A stretch of DNA of 63,951 nucleotides, filler included, from Nemertoderma westbladi (GCA_032718475.1; 3 parts of 3 records of this genome joined end to end with filler, not necessarily neighbours in it); one strand, 5' to 3'. Shown: positions 22,136 through 35,323, counted from the first letter of the whole stretch. The notes: generated by a model not told the origin, from the sequence alone. Translations and numbers: made by a program.

Positions 22136-23899
22136 CAGTTGCTTTTTTATTTTAGTATTTGTATCGTACTGTACTGGCATACCTACCGGTAAGGTTTTTT
22201 ACTTCAGCTTGACAATTAAAGAATAAAATAACTGTCCTAATAACTATTTACATACTTGTGTGTAAAGTAGCACTTTACAGTGTAATGATCTGAGTGGCTT
22301 TGTTACACGAACGAACGTTAATGAGTGAGTGAAAATAAAGCCACGAGGATCAGAACACTGTAATAACTATTTACATACTTGTGTGTAAAGTAGCACTTTA
22401 CAGTGTGATGATCTGGGTGGCTTTGTTACACGAACGAACGTTAGTGAGTGAGTGAAAATAAAGCCACGAGGATCAGAACACTGTAATAACTATTTACATA
22501 CTTGTGTGTAAAGTAGCACTTTACATTGTGATGATCTGGGTGGCTTTGTTACACGAACGAACGTAGTGAGTGAGTGAAAATAACTCCACGAGGATCAGAA
22601 GACTGTACTAATAACTATTTACATACTTGTGTGTAAAGTAGCACTTTACAGTGTGATGATCTGAATGGCTTAGTTCCACGAACGAACGTTAGGGAGTGAG
22701 TGAAAATAAAGCCACGAGGATCAGAACACTGTAATAACTATTTCCATACTTGTGTGTAAAGTATCACTTTACAGTGTGATGATCCGAGCGGCTTTGTTAC
22801 ACGAACGAACGTTAGTGAGTGAGTGAAAATAAAGCCACGAGGATCAGAACACTGTACTAATAACTATTTACATACTTGTGTGTAAAGTAGCACTTTACAG
22901 TGTGATGATCTGAATGGCTTTGTTACACGAACAAACGTTAGGGAGTGAGTGAAAATAAAGCCACGAGGATCAGAACACTGTATTAACTATTGACATACTT
23001 GTGTGTAAAGAAGCACTTTACAGTGTGATGATCCGAGTGGCTTTGTTACACAAACGAACGTAGTGAATGAGTGAAAATAATGCCACGAGGATCAGCATAC
23101 TGTAAAGTACTTTGCAACAAGTATGTATGTAGTTTTATTCCAGAATTTTAACATTACGAAATTATTGTACATATGTTATAAGTGATAGAAACTGCACAAA
23201 TTAAATTTGTTGCTGTATAAAATAAATGTAAAAATGACATAAATTATATTATCAAAAAGTTAGCTTATATTTATGGTGGCGTTTGGAACCATGTTAATAG
23301 TTTATAGATACTGGTTATTAATAGCTACCGGTAGGTAATGCAGTAGGCCTATCTGGCTGTCAGGCAATTAATAATAAATACCAACTATTGTTTATGTGTT
23401 AACCATGACGGCGTGATGTAAAGTCACGCTAATGAGACATTACATAACAATAATACACCAATACAATACTAAATGTACATAAATGTCCTCTAAAGTTGTA
23501 AAGTGCTAAATAACAACTCGCTGTTAATACTAACGGCGTTGAGTAATGTTACAATTTTGGAATACAAGTAACTAATAAAACTAATACACAAATAAAATAT
23601 ACCAAATAGTACTGCAGAAAGCGAAAGCATAGGTTAAAATATATACTCCGGCCATTGAAATTGAATCCCCCCCCCCACACGCCATAAAATAATTGGAATG
23701 GATACACCCCCAATAGTAAACAATATTAAATATCAACGGAGAGACACTAAGGTATATTATAAATTAAATTTGTAAAAATATTAAAAGCTAAAAATTGCAG
23801 AGTTATATGTGTAGCATCTCAAAACGAATTTTTGAGAAAACCCCAAAAGAACCGATGCGACCGAATCACTAACGAACTTTCTCAACCAAATCAACAATC

Positions 23900-24599
23900 A
23901 TGGTTGAAGCGAACGCAGTCTCCCTGAAACTTCCCTCCTTCTGGACTTCCCAGCCTGAGGTATGGTTCGCCCAGGCCGAGGCACAATTTAATATCCGTAG
24001 TATCGTAGCGGACGACACGAAGTACTACTACGTCGTGGGTGCTTTGGACCAAGACACCGCCAGCCGGCTCCTCAACCTAATACGAGATCCTCCAGCCGGA
24101 GATAAATATAACTTCCTAAAGGCGAAACTCATTAAAACATACGGCCTCTCACGGCGCGACCATGCCGCAAGGCTCTGGGACAGTAAATGGACTCGGCGAC
24201 CGCCATGCATCACACCTCCTGGATGAAATGCAGGCACTGCTCGGTGATGACCATTCGTGCCTCCTTTTCGAAGAGGTGTTTCTCCGCCAAATGCCCACTC
24301 CCATCCGCCTCCAACTTGCGGAGGAAGACTTCAGCAACCTAGACAAGGTCGGTGAGCGGGCTGATGCCTTGTGGGAAGCCGCGGGGCAGGACTCAGTCCA
24401 CGCAGTCAATACCAATGCCGTCCTCAAACCGAAGCCTGCCTACACCGAACTGAGCCGAAGAAAAGCGCCGCCAAACCCTATTCCAAACTCGTTGAACTCC
24501 AACTCTGACTGGTGTTACTTTCACCAGAGGTTTGGGTCAAAAGCCAAGAAGTGTCGACCACCCTGTAATTTCCAGGGAAACGCCCTGGCCGGCTGTTAA
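23900..24599 (+). pseudogene. Gypsy gag with one frameshift near 24180
   Basis: VSLKLPSFW...WFAQAEAQF...TKYYYVV, and a C-terminal WCYFHQRFGSKAKKCRPPC knuckle. Confidence 0.88.
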
Positions 24600-27226
24600 T
24601 TGCAGTTACCACGGCTGGCCACCCCGATCTGCTACTATTTGCCTAGGACCGCCATTCAGGGCAATGCTTCTTGGTAGATACTGGGGCCGAGGTCAGCGTC
24701 ATTCCGGCGACAACTCGTGAGGTGCGTTCGGGCCAGAGCGGTCCTCCCCTCCTCGCTGCCAATAAAACTTTTATCCACACTTACGGTGGTCGCAAAGTTA
24801 AACTCAACTTCCACACTCGACGATTCGAGTGGAAGTTTCTCACAGCTGATGTCGCCCAGCCTCTCCTCGGAGCCGACTTTCTCCGGGCCAACAACCTGTT
24901 GGTCGACTTGAGAGGCTGCCATCTGGTCGATGCCGAAACCTGGATCTCGATCCCATGTGGACAGACCCGGGGCCACGCCCTCCACCTTAGTTCTATAGCT
25001 GCCTCCAATGACGAGTTCGCCCAGATACTTGCCGAATATCCCAAGATTACAGTACCACGGTTTTCTGACCCGACCGCGAAACACGGCGTGGAGCACTACA
25101 TCCCCACGCAGGGACCTCCCATGCACACCCACGCCCGTTGCCTACCTCCAGATAAACTGGAAATCGCGAGGGAGGAGTTCCGCAAAATGGACGAGATGGG
25201 GATCATCCGCCGGTCCAACAGTCCCTGGGCGTCACCCCTCCACATAGCCCCCAAACCCTCGGGCAGTTGGCGGCCGTGTGGCGACTACCGACAACTTAAC
25301 GATGCCACAACTCCGTACCAATACCCCATCCCCCACATCCAGGACTTCTCCTCCAGACTGGCAGGTGAGAAGATCTTCTCGAAGATCGATCTGGTGCGCG
25401 GCTACCACCAGATCCCTGTCACAGAAGCCGACATCGCCAAGACTGCGGTCATCACCCCGTTCGGACTGTTCCTTTGTTTCTTTGGATGTTTCTTTGAGTT
25501 CCTTTGGATGCCGTTAGGGCTGAAGAACGCAGCCCAGGCCTTCCAGAGACTGATGGACACGGTGTGCCAGGGACTCGACTTCATATTTGTTTACCTCGAT
25601 GACATTCTCGTTGCAAGTCGGTCCAAGTCGGAGCACCGTGAACACATCCATCAGCTCTTCATGCGCCTTCAACACCAAGGCCTTGTTATCAACCTGGCAA
25701 AATGTCAGTTTGGTCGTGAAACAATCGACTTCCTTGGCCACCGTATTTCAACTCACGGTGCCGTTCCGCTCCCCGACAAGGTCGCCACCATCCGGGAGTT
25801 TACCACAGATATCCAACACATCGCTGGTAAAGACAACTGTGTGGCAGATGCACTCTCCAGGACAAATAACAACACCATATGCAACTTGCTTCCTGGGCTC
25901 GACTACATGGCCATGGCGGATGCTCAACTTGTCGACACAGAGATGGCCATGTACCGCACGGCTGTTTCCGGCCTTCAGCTGGAGGACGTCTCACTTGGCC
26001 CATCAGGTGCCACACTACTATGCGACACCTCCCTCGGCCACCCTCGCCCAGTCGTTCCCAAGGCCTGGCGACGACGTGTATTCAACACCATCCACAGTCT
26101 GTCACACCCTGGGGCTCATGCCACCAAAACAATCATTGCTGATATGTTTGTCTGGCACGGCCTCCACAAAGAAGTAGGAGACTGGGTTAAGACCTGCATC
26201 CCGTGCCAGACCTCCAAGGTGCAACGCAACATACGTGCACCCCTCGGCACCTTCGCAACCCCTCACCGCCGATTCGACAACATACATGTTGATCTCGTTG
26301 GTCCTCTACCACCATCACACGGTTTCACCCACCTGCTGACGATTGTGGACCGCTTCACTCGGTGGCCAGAGGCTGTACCCCTCAGCGAAACTTCCACAGA
26401 GAGCTGTGCGCGTGCACTCATTTCGACATGGATCGCCCGATTCGGTGTTCCAGCCGATCTCTCATTGGACCGGGGTTCACAATTCACCTCCCACCTCTGG
26501 TCGGCCATCAACAAGCTGCTGGGCACCCAACTACACCGCACCACCGCGTATCACACACAGGCGAATGGACTGGTAGAACGGTTTCACTGTCATCTCAAGT
26601 CTGCCCTTCGAGCCTCTCTAGACAACCCTGATTGGGTAGACGCATTACCATGGGTGCTTCTCGGAATCCGGACAGCACCTAAGGACGACTTAGGAACCTC
26701 CTCCTCCGAGCTCGTTTATGGTGCTCCGCTCACTGTCCCGGGAGAGTTCCTACCACCGTCTATAGAAACCCAACACACCCCGTCAACAATACTTCACCAA
26801 CTTCGTCAAGGGGTTGGGCGTTTTGTTCCGGTTCCCACATCACACCATGGTTTGACTTCGTCGTCAGTTCCCCCGGGCCTACAGAACGCCACCTACGTCT
26901 TCATCTGACGCGATGCCCACCGGACACCGCTAGAACGCCCCTATGAGGGCCCCTACAGGGTTCTCGAAACTGGAACAAAAACGTTCAATATTGAGATGGG
27001 GATTCGTACCGAAACAGTTTCGGTCGACCGACTGAAACCAGCAGATCTTGACATAACTAAACCTGTCACCCTTGCCCATCCACGGCGCCGTGGTCGACCA
27101 CCTAACCCTATTCCGGTTCCCATACAACCAGCGGCTCCGAATAAAATTGTCCCATCACAGAGCCCACCCTTAGCGCCCACACAAACTCGGTCAGGACGAA
27201 CAATCCACCCGCCGGACTATTTGTAA
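24575..27226 (+). pseudogene. Gypsy pol in the -1 frame, with stops near 24645 and at 26906
   Basis: LVDTGA protease; [20 protein letters not shown]; HHCC and D-D-E integrase ([21 protein letters not shown]); PYEGPY after the stop. Confidence 0.92.
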
Positions 27227-27602
27227 ACTATTTCGAGTCTGGGGGGGTCATGTGGCGGAGTCACAATACTGGACAATACTCTAAATAGTAGGACCTATCT
27301 CACCTCCCCATAAAGCTGAGATTAGGACTACAGCTGTTGGTACAGAGTGAGATTGGTATGTTGCTTAGCAACATAACAACAACACCAGGATAATCAACTT
27401 ATCTGACAGCGCTGACCGTATTAATATAACAACTTACTGAGAATCAAATTAATATGTTTTAACGATATTGTAAGTTGCTGCAATATTTTACATTCGTACT
27501 TTTATACAGTAGTTAATTCCCTACACGAATGTCTATGGCTGTACCTTCCTGTCTGTAACAATGCGCAAGTACTAACTAATTACGTTTTTACTATTATTGT
27601 AG

Positions 27603-27730
27603 AACCCGAACAGGAGTCGGTGTTTGTTTGTCCAGTTTGCGAAGGATTTGTATCCGTTGAAGAAGCAGCCAGCCACACTCAGAAGGAATTCGAGAAGCTC
27701 AACGATGAACGGCCGATTAACTCCATTAGG
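27603..27730 (+). CDS. Internal coding exon (phase 1-0) of an unidentified host gene, zinc-finger-like
   Basis: TACTAAC branch site at 27570, ttgtag acceptor, GTAAGT donor; open frame EPEQESVFVCPVCEGFVSVEEAASHTQKEFEKLNDERPINSIR. Confidence 0.7.
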
Positions 27731-28318
27731 GTAAGTAGGTGAAACTAAAACTTCTGAGTTTATTTTCTGTTATGAACAAGCGGAGTGCGTAGTCTGCCCA
27801 GGCCTACAAGGTACAGGATTAATTAACATTGTACCATAAATTTATAGAGAATCAAAGTTTATTTTGTATTATTATCTGGAATTTTGTTTTAGTTACTTTT
27901 TTTTCACATCCTTGTGACACACGGTGCCATACCCTTAACTTTCAAGCCACTCTCGTCTCTCTGGCACCCAATAGCTACAACTTACACTCAATTTCAATTG
28001 CTTTCACCCCAAATTGTAACATTAATTAATTAATTGATTTCTTATAGTGTTTTAGTATTTTATTAGTATAGTATTATACTATAGTATAGTGTACCCATAA
28101 ATTAATACCCACCTATGGGGGTGTATATAATAAAAAATAATATCCTATGTAATGTTGTTAGATATAAGTTTTGGATTGGAAAGGAAAAATTTTTGCCACT
28201 ATTAGTTTCAAATGAGCGAAATTCAACTCTTTCTGACTGTGAGTTATGCACTAGTTGGCTGATTTCTTTCCTAAAATATAAATGAAAATAAACCACAAAT
28301 AAAATTATATAAAATTAT

Positions 28319-31300
28319 GGGTTCACTAATTATATTTAATTATTACAGGTAATTTATGGGTACACTAATTATATTTAATTTTTACAGGTAATTTATGGGT
28401 ACACTAATTATATTTAATTTTTACAGGTAATTTATGGGTTCACTAATTATATTTAATTTTTACAGGTAATTTATGGGTTCACTAATTATATTTAATTTTT
28501 ACAGGTAATTTATGGGTTCACTAATTATATTTAATTTTTACAGGTAATTTATGGGTACACTAATTATATTTAATTTTTACAGGTAATTTATGGGTTCACT
28601 AATTATATTTAATTTTTACAGGTAATTTATGGGTTCACTAATTATATTTAATTTTTACAGGTAATTTTTGGGTTCACTAATTATATTTAATTTTTACAGG
28701 TAATTTATGGGTTCACAAATTATATTTAATTTTTACAGGTAATTTATGGGTACACTAATTATATTTAATTTTTACAGGTAATTTATGGGTACACTAATTA
28801 TATTTAATTTTTACAGGTAATTTATGGGTACACTAATTATATTTAATTTTTACAGGTAATTTATGGGTTCACTAATTATATTTAATTTTTACAGGTAATT
28901 TATGGGTACACTAATTATATTTAATTTTTACAGGTAATTTATGGGTTCACTAATTATATTTAATTTTTACAGGTAATTTATGGGTTCACTAATTATATTT
29001 AATTTTTACAGGTAATTTTTGGGTTCACTAATTATATTTAATTTTTACAGGTAATTTATGGGTTCACTAATTATATTTAATTTTTACAGGTAATTTATGG
29101 GTACACTAATTATATTTAATTTTTACAGGTAATTTATGGGTACACTAATTATATTTAATTTTTACAGGTAATTTATGGGTTCACTAATTATATTTAATTT
29201 TTACAGGTAATTTATGGGTTCACTAATTATATTTAATTTTTACAGGTAATTTATGGGTTCACTAATTATATTTAATTTTTACAGGTAATTTATGGGTTCA
29301 CTAATTACAGTACAGGCCACCAGAAAACGCAGATTTCATCCAATGTGATCACATGTGAACACATTTGTTCAAGTAATCTGATTGGCAGGTTATGGCGAGT
29401 TATCTTCTAGATCACACAGCAGGAGGCTAACTTGCTGGGACCGACAAAGGCTTAGTGTGCGGTGCGCCTGTATGTCTGATATCAGGTAGATGAGAGAGCC
29501 CCCAGGGCGTAACATTGCGGACATGGGCTGTATTGGTAGAGAGAGAACTACATACAAGACCACATGGAGGTTCATGAGGTGTATGGGAGTGGATGGGTAT
29601 ATGGATGGAGGAGCCTAGACCATTGAATAATTAATTTAGTGCAGGGAGATGTCGCGCCATTAGTCTGACACCGAGAGGGCACAGAGAAACACCACAAGAT
29701 GCCTTAACATCACTAACTATAGGCCTGCCTACTAGACACTATTAACCGCACACTATAAAGGTAAACAAAATCCATATCGCATTTCCAGCTGCAGTGAGTG
29801 ACAGTTCGCGGCAAACTACAGAGAGTTTCCAGATTACTAAGCGTTTCAAAAGTATTCAATTGTATCCTTTGGCGAAAAAATTTTGGTTGTTGCCAATTCA
29901 ATTATGTTCAATTGTCCCGTTCAACAACATTACATTACACTGGTACACATTTGATAAAATGTGTTCACAATTGTACAAATCTGCGTTTTCTGGTGGCCTT
30001 TACTGTATATTTAATTTTTACAGGTAATTTATGGGTTCACTAATTATATTTAATATTTACAGGTAATTTATGGGTTCACTAATTATATTTAATTTTTACA
30101 GGTAATTTATGGGTTCACTAATTATATTTAATTTTTACAGGTAATTTATGGGTTCACTAATTATATTTAATATTTACAGGTAATTTATGGGTACACTAAT
30201 TATATTTAATATTTACAGGTAATTTATGGGTTCACTAATTATATTTAATTTTTACAGGTAATTTATGGGTTCACTAATTATATATAATTTTTACAGGTAA
30301 TTTATGGGTTCACTAATTATATTTAATTTTTACAGGTAATTTATGGGTACACTAATTATATTTAATTTTTACAGGTAATTTATGGGTACACTAATTATAT
30401 TTAATTTTTACAGGTAATTTATGGGTTCACTAATTATATTTAATTTTTACAGGTAATTTATGGGTACACTAATTATATTTAATTTTTACAGGTAATTTAT
30501 GGGTACACTAATTATATTTAATTTTTACAGGTAATTTATGGGTTCACTAATTATATTTAATTTTTACAGGTAATCTATGGGTACACTAATTTACACTAAT
30601 TATATATAATTTTTACAGGTAATTTATGGGTTCACTAATTATATTTAATTTTTACAGGTAATTTATGGGTACACTAATTATATTTAATTTTTACAGGTAA
30701 TTTATGGGTAAACTAATTATATTTAATTTTTACAGATAATTTATGGGTACACTAATTATATTTAATTTTTACAGGTAATTTATGGGTACACTAATTATAT
30801 TTAATTTTTACAGGTAATTTATGGGTACACTAATTATATTTAATTTTTACAGGTAATTTATGGGTAAACTAATTATATTTAATTTTTACAGATAATTTAT
30901 GGGTACACTAATTATATTTAATTTTTACAGGTAATTTATGGGTACACTAATTATATTTAATTTTTACAGATAATTTATGGGTACACTAATTATATTTAAT
31001 TTTTACAGGTAATTTATGGGTACACTAATTATATTTAATTTTTACAGGTAATTTATGGGTACACTAATTATATTTAATTTTTACAGGTAATTTATGGGTA
31101 CACTAATTATATTTAATTTTTACAGATAATTTATGGGTACACTAATTATATTTAATTTTTACAGGTAATTTATGGGTACACTAATTATATTTAATTTTTA
31201 CAGGTAATTTATGGGTAAACTAATTATATTTAATTTTTACAGATAATTTATGGGTACACTAATTATATTTAATTTTTACAGGTAATTTATGGGTTCACTA

Positions 31301-33590
31301 ATTATATTTAATTTTTACAGGTAATTTATGGGTACACTAATTATATTTAATTTTTACAGGTAATTTATGGGTAAACTAATTATATTTAATTTTTACAGAT
31401 AATTTATGGGTACACTAATTATATTTAATTTTTACAGGTAATTTATGGGTACACTAATTATATTTAATTTTTACAGGTAATTTATGGGTAAACTAATTAT
31501 ATTTAATTTTTACAGATAATTTATGGGTACACTAATTATATTTAATTTTTACAGGTAATTTATGGGTACACTAATTATATTTAATTTTTACAGGTAATTT
31601 ATGGGTTCACTAATTATATTTAATTTTTACAGGTAATTTATGGGTACACTAATTATATTTAATTTTTACAGGTAATTTATGGGTACACTAATTATATTTA
31701 ATTTTTACAGGTAATTTATGGGTTCACTAATTATATTTAATTTTTACAGGTAATTTATGGGTACACTAATTATATTTAATTTTTACAGGTAATTTATGGG
31801 TTCACTAATTATATTTAATTTTTACAGGTAATTTATGGGTACACTAATTATATTTAATTTTTACAGGTAATTTATGGGTTCACTAATTATATTTAATTTT
31901 TACAGGTAATTTATGGGTTCACTAATTATATTTAATTTTTACAGGTAATTTATGGGTACACTAATTATATTTAATTTTTACAGGTAATTTATGGGTTCAC
32001 TAATTATATTTAATTTTTACAGGTAATTTATGGGTTCACTAATTATATTTAATTTTTACAGGTAATTTATGGGTTCACTAATTATATTTAATTTTTACAG
32101 GTAATTTATGGGTTCACTAATTATATTTAATTTTTACAGGTAATTTATGGGTTCACTAATTATATTTAATTTTTACAGGTAATTTATGGGTACACTAATT
32201 ATATTTAATTTTTACAGGTAATTTATGGGTTCACTAATTATATTTAATTTTTACAGGTAATTTATGGGTTCACTAATTATATTTAATTTTTACAGGTAAT
32301 TTATGGGTACACTAATTATATTTAATTTTTACAGGTAATTTATGGGTTCACTAATTATATTTAATTTTTACAGGTAATTTATGGGTACACTAATTATATT
32401 TAATTTTTACAGGTAATTTATGGGTTCACTAATTATATTTAATTTTTACAGGTAATTTATGGGTTCACTAATTATATTTAATTTTTACAGGTAATTTATG
32501 GGTTCACTAATTATATTTAATTTTTACAGGTAATTTATGGGTTCACTAATTATATTTAATTTTTACAGGTAATTTATGGGTTCACTAATTATATTTAATT
32601 TTTACAGGTAATTTATGGGTTCACTAATTATATTTAATTTTTACAGGTAATTTATGGGTTCACTAATTATATTTAATTTTTACAGGTAATTTATGGGTTC
32701 ACTAATTATATTTAATTTTTACAGGTAATTTATGGGTTCACTAATTATATTTAATTTTTACAGGTAATTTATGGGTTCACTAATTATATTTAATTTTTAC
32801 AGGTAATTTATGGGTTCACTAATTATATTTAATTTTTACAGGTAATTTATGGGTTCACTAATTATATTTAATTTTTACAGGTAATTTATGGGTTCACTAA
32901 TTATATTTAATTTTTACAGGTAATTTATGGGTTCACTAATTATATTTAATTTTTACAGGTAATTTATGGGTTCACTAATTATATTTAATTTTTACAGGTA
33001 ATTTATGGGTTCACTAATTATATTTAATTTTTACAGGTAATTTATGGGTTCACTAATTATATTTAATTTTTACAGGTAATTTATGGGTACACTAATTATA
33101 TTTAATTTTTACAGGTAATTTATGGGTTCACTAATTATATTTAATTTTTACAGGTAATTTATGGGTTCACTAATTATATTTAATTTTTACAGGTAATTTA
33201 TGGGTTCACTAATTATATTTAATTTTTACAGGTAATTTATGGGTTCACTAATTATATTTAATTTTTACAGGTAATTTATGGGTTCACTAATTATATTTAA
33301 TTTTTACAGGTAATTTATGGGTTCACTAATTATATTTAATTTTTACAGGTAATTTATGGGTTCACTAATTATATTTAATTTTTACAGGTAATTTATGGGT
33401 TCACTAATTATATTTAATTTTTACAGGTAATTTATGGGTACACTAATTATATTTAATTTTTACAGGTAATTTATGGGTTCACTAATTATATTTAATTTTT
33501 ACAAGTAATTTATGGGTTCACTAATTATATTTAATTTTTACAGGTAATTTATGGGTTCACTAATTTACACTAATTATATTTAATTTTCAC
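28319..33590 (+). repeat. 39-bp satellite (GTAATTTATGGGTWCACTAATTATATTTAATTTTTACAG)n, about 115 copies
   Basis: Highly homogeneous tandem array in two blocks separated by the MITE at 29308-30005. Confidence 0.98.
29308..30005. mobile_element. Tc1/mariner-type MITE inserted in the 39-bp satellite
   Basis: 29-bp TIR CAGTACAGGCCACCAGAAAACGCAGATTT (1 mismatch); TA TSD at 29306-29307 and 30006-30007; removing it restores the satellite unit. Confidence 0.93.
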
Positions 33591-34609
33591 TTTCTTTTGC
33601 TATTAAGGCAACAATTGGATGTGGATTGGCTGTTCGATCGTTGCTGAGAGAAGATGCTTTTTTGCGCATAAAGCGGAAAAGACGTTCTCGATTGTATTGT
33701 AACTATGGCAATGACTGTAAACTGATGGGTCCAATACATTCTCATATACAACCAGAAATGGACAATAATGAGGGTAGCAGAAGAATTGATAAACTAAACC
33801 ACGATGTTGCTGTGGAAGTTAGTGGCTTAATGTTAATCAGAATCGGAAATTATTAACAATTATTTTTGTTGATTTATGCCAATTATCAGGTATCAGCGCT
33901 AATGGTGATATCCTCGTAACTCTGCAAAAATATCTAACTTTGTAACAATAGTCTTCTAGAACACGTCTAGGGTATTCTCTATGAAGATAGCTATTGTATG
34001 CTAAGTGTCAGATTAATTATTTACTTGTATGGAATTAATTTCGCACTACCAAAGCGCCAGGGCGACATATTTTTCAACTTTAAATCGCAGTGCGACATTT
34101 TTGATTAATCACTAAAAATATCTATAAACATAAATTAAGTATCTCAATACTAAATTAATACACTTATTTTAGCGACATTTTTTCTCAGTATGATACCTAC
34201 GCCATACATTTACTATGTATTTCCAGTATGTCAGCGAGTCTTTCTAATAATCATCATGTCATTCTAATAAATACACACTATAACTAACTATTTTACAATT
34301 CTAAAACTAAAAAAAAGCCACACCCGCTACGCTAATTTGGTATGAAATGAAAGTGTTTATAATTAACATGTCATGCTTTCCTGTTACAAGATTGTTCTAG
34401 AAATATGAAGTGCATAACTACAAATAATTCCCCACAAGTAAATAATATTAGATTCGCCATTGTTCATAATTAGCACTTTGTTAAAGCTTTTACGGCCCTA
34501 TTTACGGCCGGGGTTATTTCCCTCCCTTCACTTGTGCCGCAACGCTATAAAGTGCTATTTTATGAACAATGACGTATATAGTTAATTACAGTTGTATTTA
34601 ATCAACTGG

Positions 34610-34740
34610 TGTAGGTTGTCGAGGTGGATAGAGCGTCGGTCTCCAACCGTAGTAGTGTCGGAGTTCGAGCGGTTAAGCTTTTCGTTAATCTGTTAAGTGT
34701 GAGGAACAAGCTTCAGCCCACCGTAACAACTAAGAGAGAG
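34610..34740 (+). mobile_element. Possible tRNA-derived SINE head
   Basis: A-box-like GTCGAGGTGGATAGAGCG and B-box-like GAGTTCGAGC; no complete cloverleaf. Confidence 0.45.
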
Positions 34741-34847
34741 GATCCTTCGGGTGCATTTTATTAATCTTCATAAATCGAAAAATGAAATATTTCGTGAAAA
34801 TTAAAATAAATTTTTTAATATCATAAAAATCTCTATCTTAATATCTT

Positions 34848-35323
34848 AATTATATTTACTATCGATTGGTATGTAAAAATATACCGATAAAACCTAAAGG
34901 CCTGTTTACACGTGGCAACTATTAGAGCAACCTTCTCGGTCAAGTTGCTCCGTGTAAACACGTAAAAAAGTTGCCGTAAAAGTTGCTCAACTTTTACGGC
35001 AACTTGAAAGAATTTGCATTGGCGAATTAAAGCGGGATAATCAAATTAAATTATCAAAAACTAGCTAGTAGATAAAATGACCCACTATTTTACAGTCAAA
35101 CTAGCCAAGATGCTCTAAAAGTTGCCGGCCGAGTTGATGGTAAAGTTGCAACGTGTAAACAGCGATTAAATTAAGTTGCTCCAAAAAAAGTTGCTAGTTG
35201 CCGAGAAAGTTGCTCTAAGTTGCCACGTGTAAACAGGCCTTAAGGCATCCTAAACAAGACTTATTGTTTAGGATGCCTTAGGTTTTGTATATTTTTACAT
35301 ACCAATCGATAGTAAATATAATT
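34848..35323. mobile_element. Short fully palindromic element (~130 bp when empty) hosting a Harbinger MITE
   Basis: aattatatttactatcgattggtatgtaaaaatatac is inverted at 35287-35323; removing the inner MITE leaves one continuous hairpin. Confidence 0.8.
34898..35240. mobile_element. PIF/Harbinger-type MITE
   Basis: 23-bp TIR AGGCCTGTTTACACGTGGCAACT; TAA TSD at 34895-34897 and 35241-35243. Confidence 0.9.

Larger units (their letters stand above)
19958..22236 (+). mobile_element. Penelope-like retroelement, 5'-truncated, with inverted terminal repeat
   Basis: RT plus GIY-YIG coding region; 19982-20062 is the reverse complement of 22156-22235; CTAATAA at 19951-19957 and 22237-22243 is TSD-like. 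Confidence 0.92.
19701..23135. repeat. Tandem array of ~123-bp hairpin units (2 + 7 copies) split by a Penelope insertion
   Basis: Unit taataactatttacatacttg...gaggatcagaacactg with nested inverted arms; the last copy continues into caagtatgtatgtagtt, the complement of the unit start. Confidence 0.9.
23900..27332 (+). mobile_element. Gypsy/Ty3 LTR retrotransposon, degenerate, 5' LTR missing, RNase H deleted
   Basis: Domain order gag, protease, RT, integrase; G-rich PPT at 27241-27247 followed by TGTGG at 27251; possible short LTR remnant ending CTACA at 27332. Confidence 0.92.

Noticed and set aside
19701-23135. CRISPR-like or hammerhead-array interpretation of the 123-bp units
   Set aside because: No unique spacers, no cas genes, eukaryotic context; no CUGANGA core with correctly placed GAAA in the unit.
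34610-34690. tRNA gene
   Set aside because: Acceptor and T stems do not close; at most a SINE head.
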